From Meiothermus sp. (GTDB lineage: Bacteria > Deinococcota > Deinococci > Deinococcales > Thermaceae), in assembly GCA_033762915.1 (NCBI GenBank), contig JANRLD010000026.1:32001-96000 (forward strand): DNA of 64,000 bases, in the 5' to 3' direction. The notes beneath the pieces were generated by a model that worked only from the letters and a program-made list of their open reading frames with translations, was not told the origin of the DNA and ran no database searches. Shown piece after piece: positions 1 to 9,456 of this stretch; the first letter of the stretch is position 1; every line of letters starts with the position of its first letter. The position numbers were made by a program, and so were the translations under genes.

Positions 1-141
1 CGCTGCTGCTGGAGCTTGACGACGAGGCTTAGCGGTTGGGAAATGCGATGAGGGAGAAGGCAAGGTGCGAGACAAAACCAAAAGTCCGGGGGCTGCGGGC
101 GTGTGCCACAGCTCCGACGGCCGGCAGCCCCCAAGCCTTCG

Positions 142-3100
142 TCAGGGTGCGTGGGCCTTTGGAATCGCCAGCGGCAGCCGCACCACTGCCGTAGTCCCCT
201 TCCCGAGCTTGCTTTCGAGCCAGACCTTGCCGCCGTGCTGCTCCGCGATCCAGCGGGCGATGGGCAGCCCCAGCCCGGTGCCGCCCGTCTCCCGGCTGCG
301 CGACGCGTCGGTGCGGAAGAAGCGCTCGAAGACCCGCTCGAGATCCTCCCCGGCGATGCCCGCGCCCGTGTCTGTGACGCTCAACTCCGCCCACTCGTGG
401 GTGGCCCGCAGGGACAAGGTCACCCGCCCGCCCTTGGGGGTGTACTTCAACGCGTTGTCCAGCAGGATCAGCGCGAGTTGCCGCAGCCGACCGCGGTCGC
501 CCTGCACGGCGCACGCCTCGAGCACGCCCGTCTCGAGTATGCGCCCATCATTGAGCCGCTGCGCTTCTTGCACGGTCTTGGCGAGCAGCGGGGCCAGATC
601 GAGGGCCTCGAGGTGGAGCTTGTCCCCCGCGTCGCCGCGCGCCAGGGACAGCAGGTCGTTGGCCAACTGGCTGAGCTGGCGGGCCGCGGTCAAGCTGTCA
701 TCGACCGCCTTGCGGCGGTCGGTGTCCGGCATATCGGGGTAGCGCTCGAGAATCTCGAGGTTGCCCTGGATGATGGCCAGCGGGGCGCGCAGTTCGTGCG
801 CCGCGTCGGCCAGGAATCGCCGCTGCGCCTCGCCGACCTCGGTCAGCTTCTCGTTGGCGCGTTGCAGGGCGGCGGCGGCAGCCTGGCGTTCCAGCTCGGC
901 GCGCTTCATCGCGTCGATGTCGAAGAGCACCAGCACCGCGCCATCGGTTCGGGCGTCATGCGTGCGGTACGGGCGCACGCGCAACAACCACCAACGACCG
1001 TCTCGCCGGTCGCGCACCTCGCGTTCGAGCGGTGTCGCGTCACGGATCACCTCCCTCACCAGCGCCTCGAGGTCAATGCCCTCCAACCCATGCCGCAGGC
1101 GCGCCACCGGGCTACCGAGGTTGCTCGACTCCACCCCGAGCGTCTGCGTTGCCTGGGGCGTGAAGCGCTGCACTCGGGCATCGCGGTCCAAGGACACTAT
1201 GGCCAGTTCGACGCTGGCCTGAAAGTTGACGTGGTCGTTGTCGAGCTGGCGCAGTTCCGCGTTGCGACCGCTGAGTTCCTCGTTGATCGTGCGCATTTCC
1301 TCGTTCGAGGAGCTCAGCTCTTCCTTCGAAGTCTCGAGCTCCTCGATCAGACTCTGCAACTCCTCGTTGGCGCTCTGCACCTCCTCGTTTGAGGTTTGCA
1401 GATCCTCCACGATGGCCTCGTTGCGCTCCTGAACAAGTTGCAAGTACGCGCGGGTCTCGATTATGAGGCGCTGCAGGTCTTCATTCTCGAGCGTCAGTTC
1501 GGCGACCCGCGCGGCGTCCTCGGAGGGCTCAGCGCGGGGTCGGCGCGGACGAGCTGCGCCGACCCGGCTCACTGCGGTGGGCGGCTCGAACAGCACCATC
1601 CACCGCCCGGATTCGCCCAGCGGCACGACCTCGAGGTGGACGAGCATGCTTTGCTCGTCGTAGCGAAACCGCACGTTCTCGGTGCGCACCGCGCGCCGCT
1701 CGGTCTTGGCCCGCTCGATCAGCGCCCGTAAGGGCAGCATCAATCCGGTTCGGGCCATGCTCAGCAGGTTCAGGCTCGCCTTGCCGCTTGCGGCCTCCAA
1801 GTAGCGTCCGGTCGCGCCGCGAAATTGCTGAACCTCGAGTGCATCGTCGACGATGACTCCCGACGGCGCGTACCTCGCCAGGAGCAGGCGATCCGCCTCG
1901 CGCGTCGCGATCTCTCCCTCCGCGATGTGCGGACTCGGCGCCGGGCGCGGCGGTGCGGGCGCGGCGCCGGCCGGCGTCGGCCGGGCCGGTCGGTGCGGGT
2001 GGCTGACGGCGGGCTGCTTTGTGTAGACCCGCAGGCGCTTGTCGAGCGATTTGAACAGGTCGGTGTGGCGGCCCACCGTCTCCGACGCGCCGAGAACCAG
2101 CACCCCGGTCGGCTTCAAGGCGTAGTGAAAGGTCGGAATCACCTGGCTTTGCAGCGAGGGCTCGAGGTAGATCAGCAAGTTGCGGCAACTCACCAGATCC
2201 ATCTTCGAGAACGGCGGGTCGGCCAAGACGTTGTGGCGGGAGAATACCACGCTCTCGCGCACCTCTTTGTTGATGCGGTACCCGCCGTTGGCCTCAGTGA
2301 AGAAGCGCCCCAGGCGCTCCGGGGTGATGTCGTTCGTGAGCGCCTTGGAATAGAGCCCCGCTCGAGCACGCTCGAGCCGCCGTTCATTGAGATCGGTGGC
2401 GAAAATCTGCAGCGGCACGTGCACCCCGGCCCAGCCCGCGAACTCCAAGTACACCATCGCCAGCGAGTACGCCTCCTGCCCCGTCGAGCAGCCACACACC
2501 CAGACCCGCAGCGTCTCGTTCGCCGCGCGGTTCTTCACGAGTGATGGGAAGACCGTGCGCTGTAGGAACTCGTAGGTGTCGGGGTCACGGAAAAAGCTGG
2601 TGACACCGATCAGCAAGTCTTGGTAGAGCGCCTCGAGCTCCTCGGGATGGTCTTGCAGCATCTGGGCGAAGTGCTCGAGGGACGAAACGTTTTTGAGCAG
2701 CATGCGCCGCGTGATGCGCCGCTGGATCGTCGTCAAGCGGTACAGCGCGAAATCCACGCCGTGCGCCGAGTGGAGCAGTCCGAGCACGCGTTTGAAGCTG
2801 ACGTCGTCGCCACTGGGTGCGGCGTGCGGGTCGGGGGGGGGCGGGCTCGTGTCGCTCGGGAGTGCGGCGATGCCCGCCGATTGCAGGGCGGTCTGGGCGG
2901 TCTGGGCGGTCGTGCCCGCGTCGGGCGGCGGCTCGAGGAGGTAGGGGTCGCGCGCCAGGCGCGCGAGTCCCTCCGCGATGCCCTCTGGCGGCAGCACGAA
3001 GTCCACCGCCCCGGCGGTGGCGGCGCTGCGTGGCATCGAGTCGAACCGCGCCGAGGCGCTGTCCTGGGCGAAGGTCACGCCGCCCTCGGCCTGGATCGCC

Positions 3101-3612
3101 TCGAGCCCGAGCGTGCCGTCGGACGCGGTCCCGGAGAGGATCACGCCGACGGCCCGGTGACCGCAGTCCGCGGCGAGCGACCGCAGGAAGTCGTCGATGG
3201 GGCGGTGCTGCCCGGCAGGGCGCCTCGCGAGCCGCAGCCTCCCACGCTTGACCGACAGCACCGCGTTCGGCGGGATGACGTAGACGTGGTTTGGCGCGAT
3301 GCGCTCTCCGTTTTTGATCCCGCCCACCGGGAGCCGCGTTGCGCGGGCCAGCAGCTCCGGCAGCACGCTCTCGTGGCTCGGCTCGAGGTGCTGGACGAAG
3401 ACGAAGGCCAAGCCGGTGTCGAGCGGCAGCGCGCCCAGCAGTCTCGAGACGGCCTCGAGGCCCCCGGCGGACGCGCCGATGCCGACTACCGGGAAGGTCA
3501 GAGGCCCTCGGGCGGTGGGGGCGCGCGGCGGGGCGTCCGGATCTGTCGACCCGCGCCCGCCAGCAGGCGAGGGTCGCTTCGCGGATCGAGGCTGACGTGG
3601 TGCGTCGCTCAC
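142..3612 (-). CDS. CheB methylesterase-CheR methyltransferase-PAS-histidine kinase fusion
   Basis: CheB motifs GASAGG, VQHL, GTASDG; CheR motifs RVWVCGCSTGQEAYS and FATDLN; coiled coil and PAS; HisKA DAAHELRAPL; HATPase DNALKY, DTGAGI, GGTGLGL. GTG start overlaps the upstream stop (GTGA). Confidence 0.92.
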   Translation of the reverse strand: MSDAPRQPRSAKRPSPAGGRGSTDPDAPPRAPTARGPLTFPVVGIGASAGGLEAVSRLLGALPLDTGLAFVFVQHLEPSHESVLPELLARATRLPVGGIKNGERIAPNHVYVIPPNAVLSVKRGRLRLARRPAGQHRPIDDFLRSLAADCGHRAVGVILSGTASDGTLGLEAIQAEGGVTFAQDSASARFDSMPRSAATAGAVDFVLPPEGIAEGLARLARDPYLLEPPPDAGTTAQTAQTALQSAGIAALPSDTSPPPPDPHAAPSGDDVSFKRVLGLLHSAHGVDFALYRLTTIQRRITRRMLLKNVSSLEHFAQMLQDHPEELEALYQDLLIGVTSFFRDPDTYEFLQRTVFPSLVKNRAANETLRVWVCGCSTGQEAYSLAMVYLEFAGWAGVHVPLQIFATDLNERRLERARAGLYSKALTNDITPERLGRFFTEANGGYRINKEVRESVVFSRHNVLADPPFSKMDLVSCRNLLIYLEPSLQSQVIPTFHYALKPTGVLVLGASETVGRHTDLFKSLDKRLRVYTKQPAVSHPHRPARPTPAGAAPAPPRPAPSPHIAEGEIATREADRLLLARYAPSGVIVDDALEVQQFRGATGRYLEAASGKASLNLLSMARTGLMLPLRALIERAKTERRAVRTENVRFRYDEQSMLVHLEVVPLGESGRWMVLFEPPTAVSRVGAARPRRPRAEPSEDAARVAELTLENEDLQRLIIETRAYLQLVQERNEAIVEDLQTSNEEVQSANEELQSLIEELETSKEELSSSNEEMRTINEELSGRNAELRQLDNDHVNFQASVELAIVSLDRDARVQRFTPQATQTLGVESSNLGSPVARLRHGLEGIDLEALVREVIRDATPLEREVRDRRDGRWWLLRVRPYRTHDARTDGAVLVLFDIDAMKRAELERQAAAAALQRANEKLTEVGEAQRRFLADAAHELRAPLAIIQGNLEILERYPDMPDTDRRKAVDDSLTAARQLSQLANDLLSLARGDAGDKLHLEALDLAPLLAKTVQEAQRLNDGRILETGVLEACAVQGDRGRLRQLALILLDNALKYTPKGGRVTLSLRATHEWAELSVTDTGAGIAGEDLERVFERFFRTDASRSRETGGTGLGLPIARWIAEQHGGKVWLESKLGKGTTAVVRLPLAIPKAHAP

Positions 3613-3974
3613 GGGGCCTCGGTCCCAGACGCGGGGGGCTCCCGCAGGACTGCGCTGACCGCCTCGAGCAGCGCATCGAAGGCCACGGGCTTCACCAGGA
3701 AGCGATCCGCGGCCCCCGCGCGAGCCAGGTCGTCGGCCTCATCGCGCCCCGAAATCACGATCACTTTCGGGGGGCTGTCCATGGTCTGGAGGCGTGCCAG
3801 GGTCGCGAAGCCCCCCATGCCGGGCATCATCAAATCCAGCAGGACGAGGTCGGGCCTGCGCCGCGCGGCCGCTATAATCCCTGCCTCGCCGTTGTGAGCC
3901 ACATTAACATTGTAACCCGCCAATCGGAGTCCTCTCTGCATGAGGGAGCGCATGCCGGGGTCGTCATCGATCAC
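3609..3974 (-). CDS. Single-domain response regulator (REC)
   Basis: (RILV)IDDD, LLDLMMP, VISG, LVKP. True start uncertain: homology extends upstream of the GTG, with an in-frame TAA 16 codons up. Confidence 0.82.
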   Translation of the reverse strand: MIDDDPGMRSLMQRGLRLAGYNVNVAHNGEAGIIAAARRRPDLVLLDLMMPGMGGFATLARLQTMDSPPKVIVISGRDEADDLARAGAADRFLVKPVAFDALLEAVSAVLREPPASGTEAP

Positions 3975-4078
3975 CAGGATGCGATGTAGGACTGGGCTGG
4001 GAATGGCGATTAGATGAGCTTACCCCCTTGCGCATGAGCCGCGTGAGCCTTGCTGATCGCGTTTCCCACCATTCCAGG

Positions 4079-5170
4079 TCACTTTAGCGCCCCTGCCAAC
4101 AGCCCGTGAAAGTGATGCACGCCCTGCTCGCGCTTGGCGCTGAAGCGCCCGCTGTGGTAAAACCGCGACTTCATCCCGCGCTGCACCGCCTCCACCACCA
4201 CCTCGTCCTCGCGCTCCACCCGGTCCAGGCCCGCGCCCGCCCCGGCGTCCAGCTTGCTGCTGTCCCAGACGTAGGGCAGGAACGAGACCTTGGTCAGCTC
4301 GTGGCCCAGAGGGCGCACCACATTCACCGAGAGGCCCCAGGGATAGAAGTTGAACATCAGGTTGGGGAAGACCCAGTAGTAGTAGGCGGCGATGCGCCGG
4401 CCGTGGTCGGGGGAGCTGGTGGGCAGGTCGAAGGCGGGCTCGCCGGAGGCTGCCACGCCCAGCTGGAGGTTGCACCAGTCGTAGAGCTCGGAGGTGTAGC
4501 TGCCGTAGTCGATGGCGGCGTTGAGCGAGGCGTGGATGTAGGGGATGTGGAAGCCCTCGAGGTAGTTGTCGCAGTAGAGCACCCAGTTGGCCCGCACCAG
4601 GTAGTCGCGTGCGCGGCCGGGGTCGAAGTAGAACTGGTTGAAGGGCATCCAGCCCACGCGGTCTTGGATGGGCTTGAGGAGTTCTCCTAAGCTCATCGCC
4701 GGGTTCAGCGAGGCGAACAGGAACTTGTCGCGGCCCCACAGCCCGAAGGGGATTTGGGGCAGGTTGTCGCGGCCAGAGGGGAAGCCCTCCACCCCCTCGA
4801 ACTCCGGCATGGCCTGGAAGCAGCCGTCCATCCCGAAGCGCCGCCCGTGGTAGCGGCAGCGCAGGTAGCGGGCGTTCTGGTCGCCCGATTCGGCCACCAG
4901 CATGCCGCGGTGGGTGCAGACGTTGGACATCAGGTGCAGCCGGTCGTCGTAGTCGCGGGTGGCCACGATAGGTTCGTCCAGGCAGCCCTCGAGCAGCGTC
5001 ATCGGCTTGACCGTGCCGGGGGCCTTGAGGTCGTCGGTGTCGCCCAGAAACTGCCAGGTGCGCCCGAAAACCTTCTCCTTGCAGGCTTCGTACATCTGGG
5101 GGTCTTTGTAGAAGGTGGCGGGGAGGGTGGAGGCTTTGGCGATTTCGGGGTTTACCTCGAGGTCGGGCAT
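4079..5170 (-). CDS. Rieske ring-hydroxylating oxygenase alpha subunit (choline monooxygenase-like)
   Basis: Rieske CTHRG...CRYHG; mononuclear Fe site DNYLEGFHIPYIH. ATG at 5170 preceded by AGGAG, so start trimmed from the ORF track. Confidence 0.9.
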   Translation of the reverse strand: MPDLEVNPEIAKASTLPATFYKDPQMYEACKEKVFGRTWQFLGDTDDLKAPGTVKPMTLLEGCLDEPIVATRDYDDRLHLMSNVCTHRGMLVAESGDQNARYLRCRYHGRRFGMDGCFQAMPEFEGVEGFPSGRDNLPQIPFGLWGRDKFLFASLNPAMSLGELLKPIQDRVGWMPFNQFYFDPGRARDYLVRANWVLYCDNYLEGFHIPYIHASLNAAIDYGSYTSELYDWCNLQLGVAASGEPAFDLPTSSPDHGRRIAAYYYWVFPNLMFNFYPWGLSVNVVRPLGHELTKVSFLPYVWDSSKLDAGAGAGLDRVEREDEVVVEAVQRGMKSRFYHSGRFSAKREQGVHHFHGLLAGALK

Positions 5171-5526
5171 GGGGGCTCCTGGATTGAAGGTTGAACGCGG
5201 GAGAAGAGGGAAGAGGAGAGAGGGCCGAAAGGTGAAAAGTAAAGACCCTGGCTCTCGACTGGCACGCGACGATTTGGCTGGCGGCTGACGGCTAACGGCC
5301 AAACAAAAACGCAGCACAGCCAAAACTTCGACCATGCCACGCCGCCGAACGACCTATTTTCCCGCCGCGATGATCGCCCGGGCGAACTGCAGGAGCTTGG
5401 TCTGGGGGTCGGGCCAGGCGGGGCGCATCGGAAAGATTATAGCGGTTTCGCAAAGGCCACCCCATTCCCGAAGGCCGATTTGCTGACGGGTATGGCGGTA
5501 GGGCCTTCGCAGTACACGACCCGCCT

Positions 5527-5633
5527 TAGAGCGGTTCCCACGCATACGCCCTACGGCGTTAAAGCGGGCGGTTTTTGCTTTAGGGAGTACATTGCCTGCC
5601 GCCGCGAGGGAGGTGAGGGTGGGAAACGCGATA
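5527..5633. mobile_element. MITE/REP-like element copy 1 (complete)
   Basis: Ends TAGAGCGGTTCCCAC and GTGGGAAACGCGATA form an imperfect TIR; internal hairpin; close match to the reverse complement of 21798-21893. Confidence 0.7.
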
Positions 5634-5785
5634 GGCATTCGTGAACCACCTCAGACGGGGAATTTGTGACCTGCCGGCGTGTCTTCTGCGCCTTGAGCCT
5701 GTACAGTGGTATCCTCGTGTACACTGGTGTTTAGCCAGACGGCTCGCGCTTTGGCGCGAAGAGGTTTCCCCTCGGAGGTGAAGTT

Positions 5786-6340
5786 ATAAAGGACGTACCC
5801 TACAACGAAAGAATCCGCGTGCGCCAGGTGCGCCTGATTGATGAGGAGGGCAACCAGCTGGGCGTGGTGGACACCCGCGAGGCCCAGCGGCTGGCCAAGG
5901 AGCGGGAGTACGACCTGGTGCTGGTCTCGCCCAATGCGGTTCCGCCGGTGGCGAAGCTGCTCGACTACGGCAAGTGGCGCTACGAGCAGCAGCAGGCCGA
6001 CAAGGAGTCCCGCAAGAAGGCCAAGCGCACCGAACTTAAGAGCATTAAGCTGCGCCCCAAGATCGAGGCCCACGACTACGGCGTCAAGATGGGCCACGTT
6101 AAGCGCTTCCTCGAGGAAGGCCACAAGGTCAAGGTGACCATCATGTTCCGTGGCCGCGAGATGGCCCACCCGGAGTTGGGCACCCGGCTGCTCGAGAAGC
6201 TGGTCAAGGATCTCGAGGGCGTCGGTTTCATGGAGATGCGCCCCGAGATGCTGGGCCGCGACATGAACATGGTGATGGCGCCGGGCAACAAGCCCGCGCC
6301 TGCGGCCGCCCCGGCCGCCGCGCCCGCGTCGTCGAGTTAG
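5786..6340 (+). CDS. infC: Translation initiation factor IF-3 (ATA start codon)
   Basis: NERIR-x2-QVRLID, LDYGKWRYE, KVKVTIMFRGRE. SD GGAGGTG at 5774-5780 precedes an in-frame ATA at 5786. Confidence 0.96.
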   Translation: MKDVPYNERIRVRQVRLIDEEGNQLGVVDTREAQRLAKEREYDLVLVSPNAVPPVAKLLDYGKWRYEQQQADKESRKKAKRTELKSIKLRPKIEAHDYGVKMGHVKRFLEEGHKVKVTIMFRGREMAHPELGTRLLEKLVKDLEGVGFMEMRPEMLGRDMNMVMAPGNKPAPAAAPAAAPASSS

Positions 6341-6371
6341 CCGAACCGCCAAGGCCAAAACCAAAACGCTC

Positions 6372-6398
6372 GAGGCCGGACGAGAGTCCGGCCTCTTT
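6372..6398 (+). terminator. Hairpin terminator after infC
   Basis: GAGGCCGGAC-GAGA-GTCCGGCCTC perfect 10-bp stem followed by TTT, between convergent genes. Confidence 0.7.
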
Positions 6399-6461
6399 GC
6401 CGGCTCCTTCTGGCGCCCACAGCGGTCCTCTGACCCAACACCTCTCCCTCGCCCCTGGTCT

Positions 6462-7634
6462 TTACCCCACTCTTTGTTCCCTGTTTCCCTGCCTCCACGC
6501 CGCCACCGCCCCCAGCAGCAGCACCGCTGTGGACAGCCCTAGCCCGGCCTGCAAGCCGCCGGTCAGGTCGGAGACGTAGCCGGTGACGATCGGCCCCAGG
6601 GCCTGACCTAGCGCGAAGGCGGCGGTAAAGATGGAGAGGGCCAGCGGCCAGACTGTCGCGGGCAGGAACTTGCGCACCAGGGCGGTCATGGCGGTGACCA
6701 CCGGCAGGAAGCCCAGCCCGAACAGAGCCGCCGAGACCAACATCAGCCCGAAGCTGTTGCCCAGCAGCGGCAGCACCGAGCCCGCCGCCACCGTGAGCAG
6801 CAGGATCATCATGGCCCGGCCGTTCTGACTGCGGTCGATCAGCCGCCCCCAAATGCCCGCGGCCGCCATCACGCTGAGGCCCAGCAGTCCCCAGCAGGCC
6901 GCGATCTGCCAGGCCGCGAAGCCACTCTGGCGTAGGAACGAGATGATGAACGTCATGTAGGCGATGTAGCCCAGCGCGAACAGGAAGTAGGCCAGCAGCG
7001 CGGGCAGCAGTGGGCGCAGCGACCACGGCTCCCGGCCCGCCCCGCCCCGTCCCAATGGCTCCTCGACCTGCCGCACCGCCCACACCGCCACCCCCAGCGC
7101 CGCCAGGGTGGCGAGGCCCAGCCCGACCCAGGCCTGGGGCCAGAGGGCCAGGTTGGCTCCGAGGGGGAACGGCAGACTCACTCCCGTCAGCAGAATTCCC
7201 AGCCCCACCCCGCCAAAGTACGTTCCGATAATCAGGGCTGCCCGGCCCGGCAGCCGGTTCGCCACCACCGAGGCCAGCGCCCCACCCGCGATGAAGATCA
7301 CCGCCCCAGTGGCCCCGGCGATCAGCCGCAGCACCAGCAGCACGGTGTAGTCCGTACTAAACCCACAGGCCAGCAGCGCCAGGGCGGTCAGGAAAATCCC
7401 CCACCCGAAGGCCCCCCGCACCCCCAGCCGCCCCAACACCGCCGGGGCCGCCAGTGACCCCACCAGATACCCGACCGCGTTGGCGGCGTTCATACCGCCC
7501 GCCAGCGTGTACGACCACCCCAGATCGGCCTGCATGGCGGGCAACAGCAGCGCGTAGGCGAAGCGGGCAAAGCCCAGCGCCACGACCGCGCCCATAGAGA
7601 GGCCGAAGGCGACAAGGAGGGGGGAGGGGGGCAT
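6462..7634 (-). CDS. MFS transporter (YbfB/YjiJ-like)
   Basis: GFARFAYALLLPAMQADLGWS..AG..NAANAVGYLVG; about 12 hydrophobic segments; start taken at ATG 7634. Confidence 0.85.
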   Translation of the reverse strand: MPPSPLLVAFGLSMGAVVALGFARFAYALLLPAMQADLGWSYTLAGGMNAANAVGYLVGSLAAPAVLGRLGVRGAFGWGIFLTALALLACGFSTDYTVLLVLRLIAGATGAVIFIAGGALASVVANRLPGRAALIIGTYFGGVGLGILLTGVSLPFPLGANLALWPQAWVGLGLATLAALGVAVWAVRQVEEPLGRGGAGREPWSLRPLLPALLAYFLFALGYIAYMTFIISFLRQSGFAAWQIAACWGLLGLSVMAAAGIWGRLIDRSQNGRAMMILLLTVAAGSVLPLLGNSFGLMLVSAALFGLGFLPVVTAMTALVRKFLPATVWPLALSIFTAAFALGQALGPIVTGYVSDLTGGLQAGLGLSTAVLLLGAVAAWRQGNREQRVG

Positions 7635-7705
7635 AGTAGAGGTGTGGGGGAAGGTGAGGAGGCCGAAAGGGTGAGGTTGGGGTTGGGTGACTGTCGAGCT
7701 GAGGC

Positions 7706-8524
7706 TCACCCAGTGCTCAAGGCCTCCCAAAGGAAATCCAGGGTGTCTCGAGCCAGCGCCACGCGGTGGGAGGCCAGGCTGTGGTCGGTTTCATAGAGGA
7801 CTTGGCGAGCATGGGGGAGGGCTTCGGCCAGGGGATGGTGAGACAGCTCGAGTGTGGCGATGGTGTCCTGGGTAGCTCCGACCAGCAGGAGGGGTGTTTG
7901 GGCCAGACGGGGGGCCTGGCCCAGCAGGTCCCAGGCCTCGCCGTGGCGCAGCATCTCCTCGATCAGTGCCTGGCCGGAAGTGCCGGCCAGCGGCAGCACC
8001 TCGCCCTCGAAGGCTTCCGCCCACTGCCGGACGCTGTCGGGGTTGTCCAGCACCCTGCGGGTGAAGCGCCCAAAGTTGAACCCGCAGATCGAGACGGCGG
8101 CCCGGACGCCCAGTCCTCGAGCCGTGCCCATCAGGGCGATCCAACCCCCCATGCTGTGCCCCACCAGGGCTATGCGCCCGGGGTCGATTTGGTAACGTGC
8201 AGCATTCTGGCATAGGAACTCCAGCGCGGGCGGTAGGTCCTCGAGGCAGTTCTCGAAGCTGAAACTGCCCTGGCTGCCCCAGGCCCCCCGGTAGTGAAAC
8301 ACCGCAGCGTTGAAGCCTGCCCGCCGGTAGATTTGGGCTAGGTCGAAGTTGCGCTCATTGCCCGGGAAGCCGTGCAGCAGCAGGACCGTAGGTTTCGGCC
8401 CCGCCCCGCCCGCGGTCAGGATAACGCCGTTGAGCATGGCCCCGTGGCTGCGGAAGTGGAAGTCGGCCGTGGAGGGCGCAAACTCGGGGTCGAAGACGGG
8501 GTCTTGGGTGAAGGGGTCAGTCAT
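7706..8524 (-). CDS. Alpha/beta hydrolase (peptidase S9-like)
   Basis: LLHGFPG, YRGAWGS, nucleophile elbow GHSMGG, C-terminal D and H (QDT, TDH). Confidence 0.85.
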   Translation of the reverse strand: MTDPFTQDPVFDPEFAPSTADFHFRSHGAMLNGVILTAGGAGPKPTVLLLHGFPGNERNFDLAQIYRRAGFNAAVFHYRGAWGSQGSFSFENCLEDLPPALEFLCQNAARYQIDPGRIALVGHSMGGWIALMGTARGLGVRAAVSICGFNFGRFTRRVLDNPDSVRQWAEAFEGEVLPLAGTSGQALIEEMLRHGEAWDLLGQAPRLAQTPLLLVGATQDTIATLELSHHPLAEALPHARQVLYETDHSLASHRVALARDTLDFLWEALSTG

Positions 8525-8544
8525 GGGAATCTCAGCCTCCAGGG

Positions 8545-9123
8545 TCAGAACGGGCGGCGGCTCGCGCTCTCGATTAACACCTTGGCCGCCTGAAAGGCGT
8601 ACCGCGCCACGCCGGGGTCGCTACGGATGACCGCGGTGACATTGCTGCCGTCCATCAGCAGCATCAGCTGGTTGGAGAGGGTCGCGGGGTCGCTGAGGCC
8701 GGCCTCTTGGGCCAGCTCCTCGAGGCGTCCCCGCACCTCCTCTTTGTAGCGGTGGGCCAGCTGGTGGGCCGGGTGCTGCGGGTTGGCCAGCTCGATGCTG
8801 GCGTTGATCAGGGTGCAGCCGCGCACCTCGTTGAGCTCGATCCAGGTCTGCTGGCGCTCCAGGATCGTCAGCAGCGCCGCTTTGGGGTTGGGGCTGCCGG
8901 CGATGATCGCGTCTAGCCAGGCGCGGTTGCGGCCCAGGCGGTGCTCGAGTACCGCCACCACCAGTTCGTCCTTGGAGGCGAAGTGGTTGTAGAGGCTCAT
9001 GTAGGCCACCTTGGCCTTGCGCGCCACTTCCTTAAGCCCGACGTTCTGAATCCCCTGCCGGTAGTAGAGCTCGTAGGCGGCCTCGACCACTCGAGCGCGG
9101 GTTGTGGCGGGACTCTGGGGCAC
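8545..9123 (-). CDS. TetR/AcrR family transcriptional regulator
   Basis: HTH VARKAKVAYMSLYNHFASKDELV; GCTLINA motif. Confidence 0.92.
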   Translation of the reverse strand: MPQSPATTRARVVEAAYELYYRQGIQNVGLKEVARKAKVAYMSLYNHFASKDELVVAVLEHRLGRNRAWLDAIIAGSPNPKAALLTILERQQTWIELNEVRGCTLINASIELANPQHPAHQLAHRYKEEVRGRLEELAQEAGLSDPATLSNQLMLLMDGSNVTAVIRSDPGVARYAFQAAKVLIESASRRPF

Positions 9124-9129
9124 GGAAAA

Positions 9130-9159
9130 AGTATATAGATCGGTCTATATAAATTACAA
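9130..9159 (-). promoter_or_regulatory. Leaderless promoter of the tetR gene with overlapping palindromic operator
   Basis: Minus strand TTGTAA-18 nt-TATACT-6 nt-GTG; palindrome TATATAGA-tcgg-TCTATATA at 9132-9151. Confidence 0.75.
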
Positions 9160-9222
9160 GCCGAAGGCTGAGTGCGCTCCCTTATCAAGTCGGCAGAGGC
9201 TTCCGAAGCCGACACCGCTACG

Positions 9223-9342
9223 TAAGTTGCTCCATAGTGAGATTGCAGGACTTCAGCACAGCCTCATCCGCGAGCGGCTTGTGGGCGCACGCCCGATCCA
9301 TTGGCGGGTGCGGATGCTGCGATTCCACTATGGAGACACTTA
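9223..9342. repeat. Long imperfect inverted repeat (~35-bp arms)
   Basis: TAAGTTGCTCCATAGTGAGATTGCAG... pairs with ...CTGCGATTCCACTATGGAGACACTTA; perfect core 9230-9239 with 9326-9335. Confidence 0.6.
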
Positions 9343-9456
9343 GAGTCCTGATCGGAAAAATCCTGCAGGACGAACCCTCGGGCAGTGCCCTCAACGAACG
9401 GGGCCTCGAGTTTCCGAGGCCCCGCCCCAATACCGTCCTAACCTCGAGTGCAGGGG

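Noticed and set aside
2886..2911. Three 9-nt tandem repeats (TAQTAQTA) in the CheB-CheR linker
   Set aside because: In-frame linker expansion with no evident consequence.
5354..5638. Short ORFs with mutually similar peptides (also 21754-22125, 15096-15353, 11548-11745)
   Set aside because: The similarity comes from translating the dispersed repeat; no convincing RBS or coding bias.
7615..7690. G-rich tract suggesting a G-quadruplex at the MFS 5' end
   Set aside because: Irregular G-runs are common at this GC content, partly explained by Pro codons.
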